Source of the DNA: Anthoceros angustus
Lineage: Eukaryota > Plantae > Anthocerotophyta
NCBI GenBank assembly: GCA_010909165.1
Contig: MU008153.1
Location: forward strand, 62,001 to 126,000
Direction of reading: 5' to 3'
DNA length: 64,000 nucleotides
The notes beneath the pieces are model-generated. The model was not told the DNA's origin. It did not search any database and was given only the letters and a program-made list of their open reading frames with translations. Below, one piece after another: positions 1 through 10,890 of the stretch. Within the stretch, counting starts at the first letter, position 1. The number at the start of each line of letters is the position of its first letter. The position numbers were made by a program, and so were the translations under genes.

Positions 1-446
1 TGCAAATTATATGTATTGCGTAAATTACGTATGCCATATAATTTTATCAATTTTACAAGTGTAAACTTACAATTTGGTGTACTTCAAGTGTTATAAAAAA
101 ATACCCTTATGAACCCCCATCGGGGGTATCAGTAACGATATCGTAATTTAAGAAGGTAATATAAGATATAGAATAGACAAGTCGTAAAGCCACAAGCCTG
201 GCAATGTACTCACGATGATGGCCACAATTTTCATACATCGTTTCTTCTACTTCTTCGGATCCCATGGTCTGTTCTCTTCAAAAATCATAGCGATTTCTCC
301 CATCAACGGTGATAAGAAACATTCAGCCCATTGGCTACAGCCTACCAATACCGTTCAAAATCAATGTGATGATACAAGAATTTATTCTAGTAACATGCAA
401 TGAATTCACCCTCATACATGGCACGGGATTATACCCAAATGGCCTA

Positions 447-678
447 GGCCAAATGGACACACATTTATAAGAACGCCGTGATTAAGCATCCTCAGCTTGG
501 ATAGGTACTTAGATGGGGTGCCTAAAGGGAGTGGATGCCCTTGGTGCAAGTAGCTTAGGCACGGCCAAATGCACACACATTTATAAGAACGCTGTGATTA
601 AGCATCCTGAACTTGGATCGGTACTTAGATAGGGTGCCTAAAGGGAGTGGATGCTCTTGGTGCAAGTTGCTTAGGCAC
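447..678. repeat. Tandem duplication, 2 x 116 bp
   Basis: ggccaaatg.acacacatttataagaacgc...gcttaggcac at 447-562 and 563-678 with a few substitutions; followed by a 21-bp duplication (ccaagtcccacgatggaaatc) at ~701-742. Confidence 0.85.
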
Positions 679-1277
679 ACCATGGTACAAGTTGTTAAGT
701 ACCAAGTCCCACGATGGAAATCCCAAGTCCCACGATGGAAATCCGTCCTTAGAGGACTTAAACAAAATTCTTCTTCTTCTTCCATCGTCTGAACAGGGTT
801 TCGATCCTTCGGCTTGGAGGACTGCAAAATAAGTGTCCACCATTCCACTAGTCGTCATGAGGTAAATGAAACTATCTAACATTCAGTTCATAAGGTCCGG
901 ATTCACCAGCTCCATGACCGTTGTCCAATATTACCTCCATGATTGTTAGAATCCAGTATCACCTCCATGTCCAGGATAACCTGCATGATCATCGGGACCC
1001 ACAATCACCTCCGTGGCCTTATGATTAATCCATTGATTGGTATTAAGGCATTGAAGATTCCAGTACCATCCTAAGACTTGGTATCGAGGCAAGACAATCG
1101 AGAATTGGGACTATCACCATAAGACTTGGTATCAAGACAACTCGCACTGAGTATCTCCAGAAGAACAAAGCCTGCTTCACGATGATGAGAATTAACACAA
1201 CCATCAAAGCATACTAAACTAGTATCATTTAAAGAAATGACAAGATGATGTTCTAAGTCCTGGATGTTCTTTCCGCA

Positions 1278-4200
1278 TCAGTAGACTTCCAGCTGCTTTA
1301 AAGTGGCATATATACTTTTACTGTCAGGATGCTTCTTATCACCAACCAAGAACGTATGCACCAACCCATCCATGTCTGTCCACCAGCTCTGTCCAGGCTG
1401 CTTCCAAGCCCCGCTTCCTATTCTCCTTGCCTGCATCTCCTGTGCCTCCTCCCTCATCTGGGCTTCAGTATATATGTTTGACATCAACACATAGGCTGCA
1501 GCATCTTTCTTGTCGAGCTTGACTGCTTCGTCAAAGACATGGCGTCCCACCTCCACGTTGTTCCACTTTCGACAAGCACCCAACAGAGTGTGCCATACTG
1601 CAGCATTGGGCTGTACAGGCATTGTTCTTACCAAAGTTAGTGACTCGTGTAGTTGGCCTGCACGACCCAGGAGGTCGACCATGCATGTGTAGTGCTCCAC
1701 TGTAGGAGTGATGCCATAGTCCTTGCTCATAGCCTCAAAGTACTCTTGCCCCTTGTCCACTAGACCCGCATGACTGCAAACTGTCAGTACACTAAGGAAC
1801 GTGATGCCGACTGGCTGTACTCCATCCTGTGTCATTCTATGAAACAGGTCGAACACCAGTTGACTCTCTCCTTGACGTGTGTAGCCTGCAATTAATGCAT
1901 CCCACGCAACGTCGTCCCTGTGGGGCAATGCCTCAAACACCTGCTGTGCCTCAGCCATGTTCCCAGATTTCCCGTACATGTTTATCAAACTGCATGCTAC
2001 AAGCACATCAGATTGAAGACCCTGTTCTTTAATCTGTGCATGTAGCTGCCTTCCCACATGCAAAGCTGCGACGTTTGCACATGCCTGCAGGAGGCACACA
2101 AATGTCACAGAACTGGGTGCAACGATGCCTTCTTCTTGCATAGCCCTATAGAGACCAAGGGCTTCCTGGCCCATGCCTTGCTGGGAGTATCCCGCTATTA
2201 TTGCATTCCATGTCACCACATTCTTTTGAGCCAGCCCATCAAACACCCTGCGGGCATCCTCCAGGCTGCCGCACTTTGCATACATGTTTACCAAACTGTT
2301 GGCTACAAACACATCAGCCTGAACAGCTCCTTCTCCAATCTCTGCATGTAGCTGCTTGCCCTCCTCCAAAGCTGGGCTGCCCACAGTTGCACATGCCTGC
2401 AGGACAGACACAAATGTGACACCATCAGGTGCAACTAGGCCTTCTTGTTGCATAGCCCTGTAAAGATTAAGGGCTTCTTGACCCATGTCCTGCTGGGCGT
2501 ATCCTGCTATCATGCTATTCCACATCACCACGTTTTTCTGACCAAGTCCGTCAAACATGCCCCGAGCATCCTCTAGGCTGCCACACTTTGCATACATGTT
2601 CACCAAACTGCTAGCTAAAAGCACATCGCCTTCAAGCCCCTGCTCTCGAATTTGTGCATGAAGCTGCTTCCCCTTCTCCAAAGCTGCGGTGCCCACCGTT
2701 GCACATCCCTGCAAGACACACACAAATGTCCCAGCATTGGGTGCAACAAGGCTGCTTTCCTGCATTGACCTGTAAAGAGCAAGGGCTTCCTGCCCCCTGC
2801 CCTGCTGGGAATAGCCTGATATCATGGCATTCCATGTCACAACATTTTTTTGACCGAGTCCGTCAAACACGTCCCGAGCATCCTGAAGGCTGCCACACTT
2901 TGAATACATATTTATCAAGCTGCTGGCTACAAACACGTCAGTTTGAAGTCCTCCGTCTCTAACTTGTGCATGAAGCTGCTTCCCTTGTTTGAAAGCCTGG
3001 TTGCCAACACTTGCGCACGCCTGCAGGAGGCACACAAATGTCACAGAATCTGGTGCAGCGATGCCTTCTTGTTGCATCGTACTATGAATATGGAGAGCTT
3101 CCTGCCCCTTGCCCTGCTGAGAGTATCCCGCTATCATGGCATTCCACGTCACCACATCCTTCTGAGCAAGTCCATCAAACACGCCCTGAGCATCCTCTAG
3201 GCTGCCACACTTTGCATACATGTTTACCAAGCTATTGGCTACAAATGCATCACCTTGAAGTCCTCGTTCTCCAATTTGTGCGTGAAGCTGCTTCCCCTTC
3301 TCCAAAGCCGGGGAGCCCAGGCTTGCACATGCCTGCAGCAGGCACAGATATGTCACAGAAGTAGGTTCAACAGCGCCTTCTTCTTGCATAGCACGATAAA
3401 GTCTCAGGGCTTCCTGGCCCATGCCCTGCTGGGCATACCCAGCTATCAAGGCGTTCCATGTCACGACATCTTTCTGAGCAAGGCCGTCAAACACTCTTTG
3501 AGCCTCTTCCAAGCTGCCACACTTTGCATACATGTCCACCAAGCAATTCCAAACAAATAGATGATGATCACCGCTGGCCAACACATCAGCATGCACCTGC
3601 TGTCCACTTGTTAAATCTACTCCCCTGGCACAAGCTTGTAGGGCAGCTAGAAACACAGGGCGATCTGGCTTCACACTTGACCTGCGCATTTGATGATACA
3701 GCTCTATGGCCTGTTTGGCTTGTTTGTGTTTGACATGTGCTGAAATGATCGAAGCCCACATGAAAGAGTCTGGTTTGGCCACCATTGTGAATACCTCCAT
3801 TGCTTCTTGCAACCTGGCATGAGAGGCATACATTCGCAAAATGTGGTGGCACAAGAAAGTGTCCGACCCATACCCATTTCTCACGGCCAGAGCATGAATA
3901 CGGCGGCCCAGAGCAAGATCCTTCTGGACCATGCATTTTCTAAGGAAACGGTAAAATAGAGACTGAGAAACACGGCAGTCTCTCTGCACCCGAGCTGCAA
4001 GAGCCTCAACAGCCTCAGTGAACTGCCCCTCCTGCCATAGTTTGCTTACTTTTCTTGCTGTTACTTCCGTTTCGTATCTTGCAGGCCTGCGAGGGTCACG
4101 ACCATCCGTCACACTCCAGGTGGATGCAGGGGCAGGCCGACCCATCTGCTGCATACCCAGAGCAGCCGGCTGCGAGTCCACCCAAGCTCGCTTGTCATGG

Positions 4201-4421
4201 TTGCTCAACCAGAGGACCTCCGGGGACTGCCTATGCCGGAAGTCAGACAAACATGAGCATGGTCTATGTTGCCTGTGATGCCACGGAAGTACCTGGTCCA
4301 AAAAAGACCGTCGCCACAAGAGCTCCTGGGGCCCAGCATCTCCAGCCAGGCAACCTGTTGGAGGGCTCTTCCTGGGTGCATGAAGTGCAACAATCCGGGC
4401 ACCCATAGCTAGCAGGAACAT
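1278..4421 (-). CDS. PLS-class PPR protein with E1/E2/E+ extension, WW-type PG box, deaminase part absent (organellar RNA-editing specificity factor)
   Basis: Intronless 1047-aa ORF with repeated P-L-S triplets (NSLVNMYAKCGSLEDA..VFD..VVTWNA.IAGY), HYTCMVDLLGRAG, E motifs, ending WKQPGQSWWTDMDGLVHTFLVGDKKHP then a stop, with no HxE/CxxC; true start codon uncertain. Confidence 0.95.
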   Translation of the reverse strand: MFLLAMGARIVALHAPRKSPPTGCLAGDAGPQELLWRRSFLDQVLPWHHRQHRPCSCLSDFRHRQSPEVLWLSNHDKRAWVDSQPAALGMQQMGRPAPASTWSVTDGRDPRRPARYETEVTARKVSKLWQEGQFTEAVEALAARVQRDCRVSQSLFYRFLRKCMVQKDLALGRRIHALAVRNGYGSDTFLCHHILRMYASHARLQEAMEVFTMVAKPDSFMWASIISAHVKHKQAKQAIELYHQMRRSSVKPDRPVFLAALQACARGVDLTSGQQVHADVLASGDHHLFVWNCLVDMYAKCGSLEEAQRVFDGLAQKDVVTWNALIAGYAQQGMGQEALRLYRAMQEEGAVEPTSVTYLCLLQACASLGSPALEKGKQLHAQIGERGLQGDAFVANSLVNMYAKCGSLEDAQGVFDGLAQKDVVTWNAMIAGYSQQGKGQEALHIHSTMQQEGIAAPDSVTFVCLLQACASVGNQAFKQGKQLHAQVRDGGLQTDVFVASSLINMYSKCGSLQDARDVFDGLGQKNVVTWNAMISGYSQQGRGQEALALYRSMQESSLVAPNAGTFVCVLQGCATVGTAALEKGKQLHAQIREQGLEGDVLLASSLVNMYAKCGSLEDARGMFDGLGQKNVVMWNSMIAGYAQQDMGQEALNLYRAMQQEGLVAPDGVTFVSVLQACATVGSPALEEGKQLHAEIGEGAVQADVFVANSLVNMYAKCGSLEDARRVFDGLAQKNVVTWNAIIAGYSQQGMGQEALGLYRAMQEEGIVAPSSVTFVCLLQACANVAALHVGRQLHAQIKEQGLQSDVLVACSLINMYGKSGNMAEAQQVFEALPHRDDVAWDALIAGYTRQGESQLVFDLFHRMTQDGVQPVGITFLSVLTVCSHAGLVDKGQEYFEAMSKDYGITPTVEHYTCMVDLLGRAGQLHESLTLVRTMPVQPNAAVWHTLLGACRKWNNVEVGRHVFDEAVKLDKKDAAAYVLMSNIYTEAQMREEAQEMQARRIGSGAWKQPGQSWWTDMDGLVHTFLVGDKKHPDSKSIYATLKQLEVY

Positions 4422-5369
4422 ACGTTGGCCCCATGAGTCATGCCAGAACTCGAAACCCAGCTATGGTGCGTCCCATGTCTTCCTCCAAAACCTCTCCCTC
4501 GGGTTGATTAGATGCATCTTTACGCAATACAACATTTGCGTGCAAGGATGGGATGAGGATACCGTCAGCTTGTATGTGATTTCCTGGGAAGACTGGCTTG
4601 CAGTTGCCCCTATATCCATGTCATAGTCTTCGACGGTAGACACAAACACCTCCTTGCACGTTGGCAAGGAATCAGTTTGTCACATCGCATTCTAGGCTAC
4701 CTTTATGTATCTCGATCTTATGTACCTCGCTGTCTGGAAGGACCGTCGTGGGCGCCAATTCCGCTTTGTGGCTCTTCCTGAATCGGGCCCACTGAATAAC
4801 TGGTGGCAGATGATTCTCATCATCATGATTCAAGCTTTGTGAAGCAGCTCATCCTGGATAGTCTCATAGAAGTGTGATTGGCGGCTACCAGTCGGGACAC
4901 ATGCACTTCTGTCTTTTGCACAGATGCATGTCTAGACATTCACTTCATGGAAGGTCAAGTCATTTACAGAACTTTTGGTGCTAGGAGCTGAACAAGTTCC
5001 ACGAATTCCTGTCTTACAGAAGGGTCCTTACTCTCTTGGCTGAGCCAGTGCATGCTCATCGTTGTTCCAGGACAGTTTGGGAGACTGGTGATATTAGGGG
5101 ACAGCAATCTTCGGTTGGATCAGGACAAACTGGGCTTTCCTGGAGCATTGCAGGAGTGGTATATGGCGTTGTTGATGATTGTGGTTGCACTCAGTTGGGC
5201 TAGGTCTGGCTGCAGCGGAGGGAGGTCGTCTGTGCACTTCAAGGACTCAGCGAACGAGTCAGCTGCGTCCCGGCGATGGGGGATAGAGCAGGAAGGAGGA
5301 GGCTGACATGGTTCCTAGGATGGGTCAGATGCCCTTTGAGAGTGTGTCCACCCAGGTGGCTCCGGATCC

Positions 5370-8300
5370 ATGCTGAACTACCCAGCGCCAATCAGAATTG
5401 TTTGCTGGGCTTTCAGAATGCTGGCATCCGCCGTAAGGTGGGTGAGTGGCTCAAGCTTGCGTCCAGGGGCCAGAAAATGCTTAGTGTCCCGTGTCGAACG
5501 GGTGTCCGAGGCTGGGATTTGGAACAGACTGTGTCAGGGCGATCTCACTGACAGCCAGGCAGTTGAAGCACTGGACATTCTGGTGCAGAGAGGGTCTTCT
5601 GTTCCAAAATCCCTCTTCTATCAAGCTCTTAGAGGGTGCATTGAAAACAAAAATTTGGTTGTTGGCAGGCGTGTTCATGCTCTTACTCTCCAAGGTGGGT
5701 ACGAGGCACACACATCTCTGGCACACCATATCATCCGCATGTACGTCTCTCATGGAAGGTTGCAGGAAGCCATGGGCGTGTTTTTGGATGTGGTAGAGCC
5801 AGATTGTTCATTGTGGGGTTTCATGATATCGGTGCATGTTGGAAATGGGAGGCCCGTGCAGGCCTTGCAACTGTATCGACAGATGCGGCAGTCGAGTGTG
5901 AAGCCAGACCATGGAATATTTGTGGCTGTACTTAGAGCCTGTGGAATTGCAGCGGATTTGGCGTCTGGGAAGCAGGTCCATGCTGATGTTTTGGTAGGTG
6001 AAGGTGAACCCAGTATTTTACTTGGAAGCTGTCTGATAAACATGTATGTGAAATGTGGGAGCTTAGAGGATGCCCGTAGAGTGTTCGATAAATTGCGCAG
6101 GAAAAATGTGGTCACGTGGACTGCTATGATAGCAGGATATGCTCAGTATGGGTTGGGTAGAGAAGCGCTCGCGTTGTATGAGAGTATGCAGCAGGATGGT
6201 ATGACTTTGGGTGACTGGGTTACCTTTAAATGTCTCCTTAATGCTTGTGCGAGTGTTGGAGCGCTTCAAGAGGGCAAGAAGCTTCATTTACACATTCAGG
6301 AAAGAGGGCTAGAAAGTGACCTGTCAATATGCAATTGTCTGATTGACATGTATGCAAAATGCGGTAGCTTGGGTGATGCTCTCAGAGTGTTTGACACAAT
6401 GACAACCAGAGATGTGGTGACATGGAATGCGATGATTTCTGGATATGCTAACCATGGGCTCGGTCAAGAGGCTCTATCTCTCTATGCAAGTATGCGAAAG
6501 GACAGCACAGCTGCAGCAAATACTGTAACCTTTGTCTGCCTCTTGAAAGCATGTGCACAGACTGGAGCCTTACATCAGGGGAGGAAGCTGCATTTGCTGA
6601 TTCAGGAACGGGGGATTGAAGCTGAGATGGTTGTTGCCAACTGCTTGGTGGATATGTATGCAAAGTGTGGCAGCTTAGATGATGCTCGTAAAGTGTTTGA
6701 CAGTTTGCCTGTGAAGAATGTGATTACTTGGACTGCTATTATTTCTGGATATGCTGAGCATGGGCTTGGTCGAGAGGCCCTTCATCTTTTTGCATGTATG
6801 CAACAGGAGGGGATTAGTCAAGCTGATGTAGTTACATTTGTGTGCCTCTTGAAAGCATGCGCCGCTGTTGGTGCTTTACATGAAGGGCAACAGCTTCATG
6901 CTGATATTCAGGACAGAGGACTAGAAGCTGATGTGGTTGTTGGCAGCAGCCTGGTCGATATGTATGCAAAATGTGGAAGCATAGTGATTGCTCGCAAAGT
7001 GTTTGACAGACTGCCCACAAAGAATGTGGTCACGTGGAATGCACTGCTCGCAGGATATGTTGAGCATGGGTTCGGTCAGCAAGCTCTGGCTGTTTATGCA
7101 TGTATGGAGGAAGATGGCAGAACCTCAGCGGACCATTTCACGTTTGCTTGCCTTGTGAAAGCATGTGGGAGCATTGGAGCTTTAGATCTGGGCAGGCAGC
7201 TTCATATTCAGGTGCAGAAAAGAGGTCTGCAAGCCGATCCGGTTGTTGCTGGTAACCTCGTGGACATGTATGTGAAATGTGGGAGCTTGGAAGACGCTCG
7301 CAAAGTTTTTGACAAGTTGCACAGCAAAGATGAGGTGACATGGACTGTTATGATCTCAGGATATACTGAGCAGGGTCTTGGGCCAGAAGCCCTTGCCCTT
7401 TATGCAGACATGGCAAAGGAGTGCATTACTCCAGCTGATAGTTTTACCCTTGTTTGCCTGCTGAAAGCATGTGCAAGTGTGGGAGCTATCGATCAAGGAA
7501 GACAACTTCACTCTGAGATCCAGAAACGAGGTCTGGAAGCTGATGTGGTTGTCGGTAGTACCTTGGTCGACATGTACGGGAAATGCGGGAGCTTAATAGA
7601 TGCTTGTCGGGTGTTTGACAGGTTGCCAACCAAAGACGTGGTCACATGGAATGCCCTGCTGAATAGCTGTGGCCAACATAACAACGGTCTAAAAGCGATG
7701 CAGTGTTTCGAGGAGATGCAACAGCAGGGCGTCGAGCCTGATGACACAACATTTTTATGTCTGCTGGTGGCATGCAGCCATAGCGGACTGGTGAATGAGG
7801 GTAGGCAATATTTCAAAATGATGGCTGAGGACTACCGCATCGCTCCCAGTCTGCATCACTTCAATTGCATGGTGGATATTCTTGGGCGTTCTGGTCACCT
7901 TCATGCGGCAGAAAGCATGTTGAAAGCCATGCCATTTGAGAAGAACGTTGTGGGCTGGACATCTTTGCTGAGTTCCTGCAAGAGTCATGGCAGCTTAGAG
8001 TGTGCCAGGCGGTGTTTTGACCATCTGATCCGTATGGATCCTCAAATTGCATCTTCGTATGCAGTACTGGCCAGCATGTATGTGAGTGCTGGTAGGTGGA
8101 CAGAAGTAGACAAGATAGAAAACCTGAGAAAGGCTGCAGGTGCATGCAAAAAGCCCGCCCAGGCGTGGATTGAGGTGAACCGCAAAGTTCACACATTTTT
8201 TGTAGGAGAAGAAAGACTGGACACGTCTTTCAGGCTCAGGAGTGCGAATCTGCTGCAGTTGGAGGAGGATGGACCTCATGTGCCACACACGCAGCTGGTG

Positions 8301-8555
8301 CTGCAACCAGGATCCGTTTCAGAGAGGGAGGATGCCTTGTGTGGACATGCTGAGAAGCTGGCACTGGCTTACGGTCTTCTCAACACCCCAAATGGCACCA
8401 CACTGGTGGTCACCAAGAATCTTCGAATGTGCATTGACTGCCACAGTGGAACCAAGATCATGTCAAAGATCGAACAGCGGGAGATCATTGTCAGGGATGC
8501 CCACCGCGTGCACCATTTCTTGAATGGGTTTTGTTCATGTGGAGATGGGCACTGA
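5370..8555 (+). CDS. PLS-class PPR protein with complete DYW:KP-type deaminase domain (candidate U-to-C editing factor)
   Basis: Intronless 1061-aa ORF; PLS array, then KKPAQAWIEV (8148), HAEKLALAYGLL (8346), KNLRMCIDCH, HHFLNGFCSCGDGH*. Confidence 0.95.
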   Translation: MLNYPAPIRIVCWAFRMLASAVRWVSGSSLRPGARKCLVSRVERVSEAGIWNRLCQGDLTDSQAVEALDILVQRGSSVPKSLFYQALRGCIENKNLVVGRRVHALTLQGGYEAHTSLAHHIIRMYVSHGRLQEAMGVFLDVVEPDCSLWGFMISVHVGNGRPVQALQLYRQMRQSSVKPDHGIFVAVLRACGIAADLASGKQVHADVLVGEGEPSILLGSCLINMYVKCGSLEDARRVFDKLRRKNVVTWTAMIAGYAQYGLGREALALYESMQQDGMTLGDWVTFKCLLNACASVGALQEGKKLHLHIQERGLESDLSICNCLIDMYAKCGSLGDALRVFDTMTTRDVVTWNAMISGYANHGLGQEALSLYASMRKDSTAAANTVTFVCLLKACAQTGALHQGRKLHLLIQERGIEAEMVVANCLVDMYAKCGSLDDARKVFDSLPVKNVITWTAIISGYAEHGLGREALHLFACMQQEGISQADVVTFVCLLKACAAVGALHEGQQLHADIQDRGLEADVVVGSSLVDMYAKCGSIVIARKVFDRLPTKNVVTWNALLAGYVEHGFGQQALAVYACMEEDGRTSADHFTFACLVKACGSIGALDLGRQLHIQVQKRGLQADPVVAGNLVDMYVKCGSLEDARKVFDKLHSKDEVTWTVMISGYTEQGLGPEALALYADMAKECITPADSFTLVCLLKACASVGAIDQGRQLHSEIQKRGLEADVVVGSTLVDMYGKCGSLIDACRVFDRLPTKDVVTWNALLNSCGQHNNGLKAMQCFEEMQQQGVEPDDTTFLCLLVACSHSGLVNEGRQYFKMMAEDYRIAPSLHHFNCMVDILGRSGHLHAAESMLKAMPFEKNVVGWTSLLSSCKSHGSLECARRCFDHLIRMDPQIASSYAVLASMYVSAGRWTEVDKIENLRKAAGACKKPAQAWIEVNRKVHTFFVGEERLDTSFRLRSANLLQLEEDGPHVPHTQLVLQPGSVSEREDALCGHAEKLALAYGLLNTPNGTTLVVTKNLRMCIDCHSGTKIMSKIEQREIIVRDAHRVHHFLNGFCSCGDGH

Positions 8556-9347
8556 CCAAGCAGCTGGGCAACATCTCTACTTTCCTATGCTTGCATTGGC
8601 GTCATCTGATCCTCTCTCATCAGCTATGTGGGTTTCCAGAACTGCGCATTCCTCGCTTCAGGCCGATGAGCTGGTTCGCGCGGATTCTGAACTGCGAACG
8701 TTTATGGCTATTTTTGGACTCTCTTGTGCTCCCTGTCGGAATCTTCCAAGGTGAAACAGTAGAAGGCCTCGGCCTTACACTCATCATCGCTTCCATGAAG
8801 CAGCCTTACCAGGGCTTCGACAAACGAGCGGAGGTTTCATCCCGAGCCCCGCTCGTTAGTTTTCCCTGGTGGCAGCTCCATCAGACTTCGCTTGCACTTC
8901 CCTTCGCGATGTGATGAGGTGGCTTGTTGGGTCCTGATGAGAAAACTCAACAAGAAGAATGTCTTTCACACCCATCTTTGCACTGTTCATTTTCTGACTG
9001 ACAACACATGGTCTTGGGATCCTGAGACCGGAGCAGCACCTTTTCCATGCCCTTTTACAGATGGAAGCGTACTTCAGGCTAGCACATGGAGGGTAACATG
9101 GCCATCACCGACGCGCTGACATCCAACCTTGAAGACTTTCTGATAGATAGCTTTCGATACCCGCAAGAGCCCACATGCTATTTGGCTTAGAGAGGATGGT
9201 GGGGCGTGCACATGTATTGTTCTCAGTCCCGGGGTTCATTGCCGGTACAGTACGACCATGCCGCCCTCATCAAAAGCCTGCACACACAGAAGCAGACGTG
9301 TGAACGAAACAAAGTCTGAACTCCTGGTCTGAAGCATCTACGTCATC

Positions 9348-9388
9348 TGGGCCCCAAAAGAAGTTTGACTGGGCCCAGCTTGGGCCCA
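9348..9388. promoter_or_regulatory. Cluster of site II (TGGGCC) elements, possible promoter
   Basis: tgggcc at 9348, 9370 and 9381, two of them inside palindromic tgggccca; ~1.5 kb upstream of the IPT ATG. Confidence 0.35.
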
Positions 9389-10860
9389 GCTCTCGTCAGA
9401 TTCCTGCCCAAGCAAGAGCAGTTGTGTAACACGTCGGTAGATTGTCATCAAGCTTGCTGTTGTTTTTATGCAGATCGTTGCCAGTGGCTTTCCCTGATAT
9501 GTGATAACAGCAGGAGGCAGGAGGCAGGGAGTGTAACAGCAGTGCTATAAGTGGAGGGATGCCGTGAGTGGAGGCATGTCTGATGATAACTGCAGGGTGT
9601 GCGTGGGACCTGGATGATCCAAGGGAGTGGTGAAGTCGGTAATCCGTACGCATCATGCAGCAAGCAGGCAAGTCAGGAGAACGCAAAAGCCACCATGACC
9701 ACTTGCAGCACTGTCCAGGGAATGGTGCAGGCGTGAGGCTAGTGGGCAGAAGCAGCCAAGCTGAGGGCACATGCCGGCTGCTCTCTCCTGCACCCGCTGG
9801 AGAAGCTGAAGACTGTGATGAAGCTGACAGTCAAAGGCCCTTCCAGAGTGGAAAGCAGAAAGCCATGGCTGTACCGTCATGGGCGGCAGAGCGATTAAGA
9901 GGCACGCCGGTGCACTATGTGCCTCGACTCAGGAGGTATTTGCGTGCCGCACGAGGCCCCGGCTCTCTGTCTTGCAAATGAATGCAGGCGTCTGGCAGAA
10001 GCAACCGCTTCCATGATGCTCAGGATTGTGTGCACTCATCGGTCTGTCTTGTCTGTGGCAGGGTGCGGCGAAGGCTGATCGCTTCTCATTTCTGTGCCCA
10101 ACGAGTTCCTCTCGGATCCGATGTCACTCGGAGGAGCGCTCCTGTGCAGCCCGGAGCAGGAGCTGGTGAAGTGTGCTGCTGTCGGACAGGAAATGTGCCA
10201 GGAGCCATGGACTCTGCAAGATGTGGTCCTCAGAAGAGACAAGCAAGGGGACTGGTCAGCCGAGGCCTTGCCTTGAAGGTGTATCTCCAGCAAGCTCCCA
10301 ATCATCTCAAGCACAGCCTTATCTTCGTGTCGAGACTTCACACCACTTCCATGCAGCGTCCTTTCAGAATGCTCACAAGCTATTACACATCTTCCTTTCA
10401 ACAGACAGTCTTCACCCCGCTTCAAGCTTCCTTCCGCTGTGGCAGACGTGATTGCTTTATGGGTCTGGAAGCTCTCTTGATCTCTTTGCTCCATGCTTGC
10501 ATGCAGATGGAGCTCTACTGCTCCTGAATGCGGAGGTGAAGATGATGGCATGCCGGGCTACATCTCCTCCGTAAGTTCCCCATACAAGCATACAGAATAC
10601 TTGAGCTTCATCCTGTTTCTGGGGAGTGCTGCAGCCTGGGCTGGGTTGCTAGAACTTCATGCCATGCTTCAATTCCTGGTCACAATCGCTGCAGGTGGTA
10701 CAGAGGGATTGACCCCGCTTGAGTTCTGATACTAGAACGACTTCCGGCACAAGGCATGTCCTTCCCCTGAGAATTCCCTCTCCTTCCTCTTGAGCTACAG
10801 CAGACTCGGTTATGCTCTCGCAGGCAATCTCTCCTTTCAGGGAATCTCACATTTCACCAC

Positions 10861-10889
10861 TCTTTCTGTTTTTCTCCCCTTTCCTGCAG
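10861..10889 (+). other. Probable 3' splice site just upstream of the IPT start codon
   Basis: Polypyrimidine tract tctttctgtttttctcccctttcctg followed by cag, 1 nt before ATG 10891. Confidence 0.5.
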
Positions 10890-10890
10890 C

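Noticed and set aside
555-882. Short ORFs in the first kilobase
   Set aside because: They overlap local tandem duplications and show no recognisable protein family.
1303-8523. Many short antisense or alternate-frame ORFs overlapping the PPR genes
   Set aside because: Shadow ORFs of repetitive PPR coding sequence.
9396-10729. Several 60-180 aa ORFs between the second PPR and IPT9
   Set aside because: No recognisable motifs and overlapping on both strands; more likely leader, intron or intergenic sequence.
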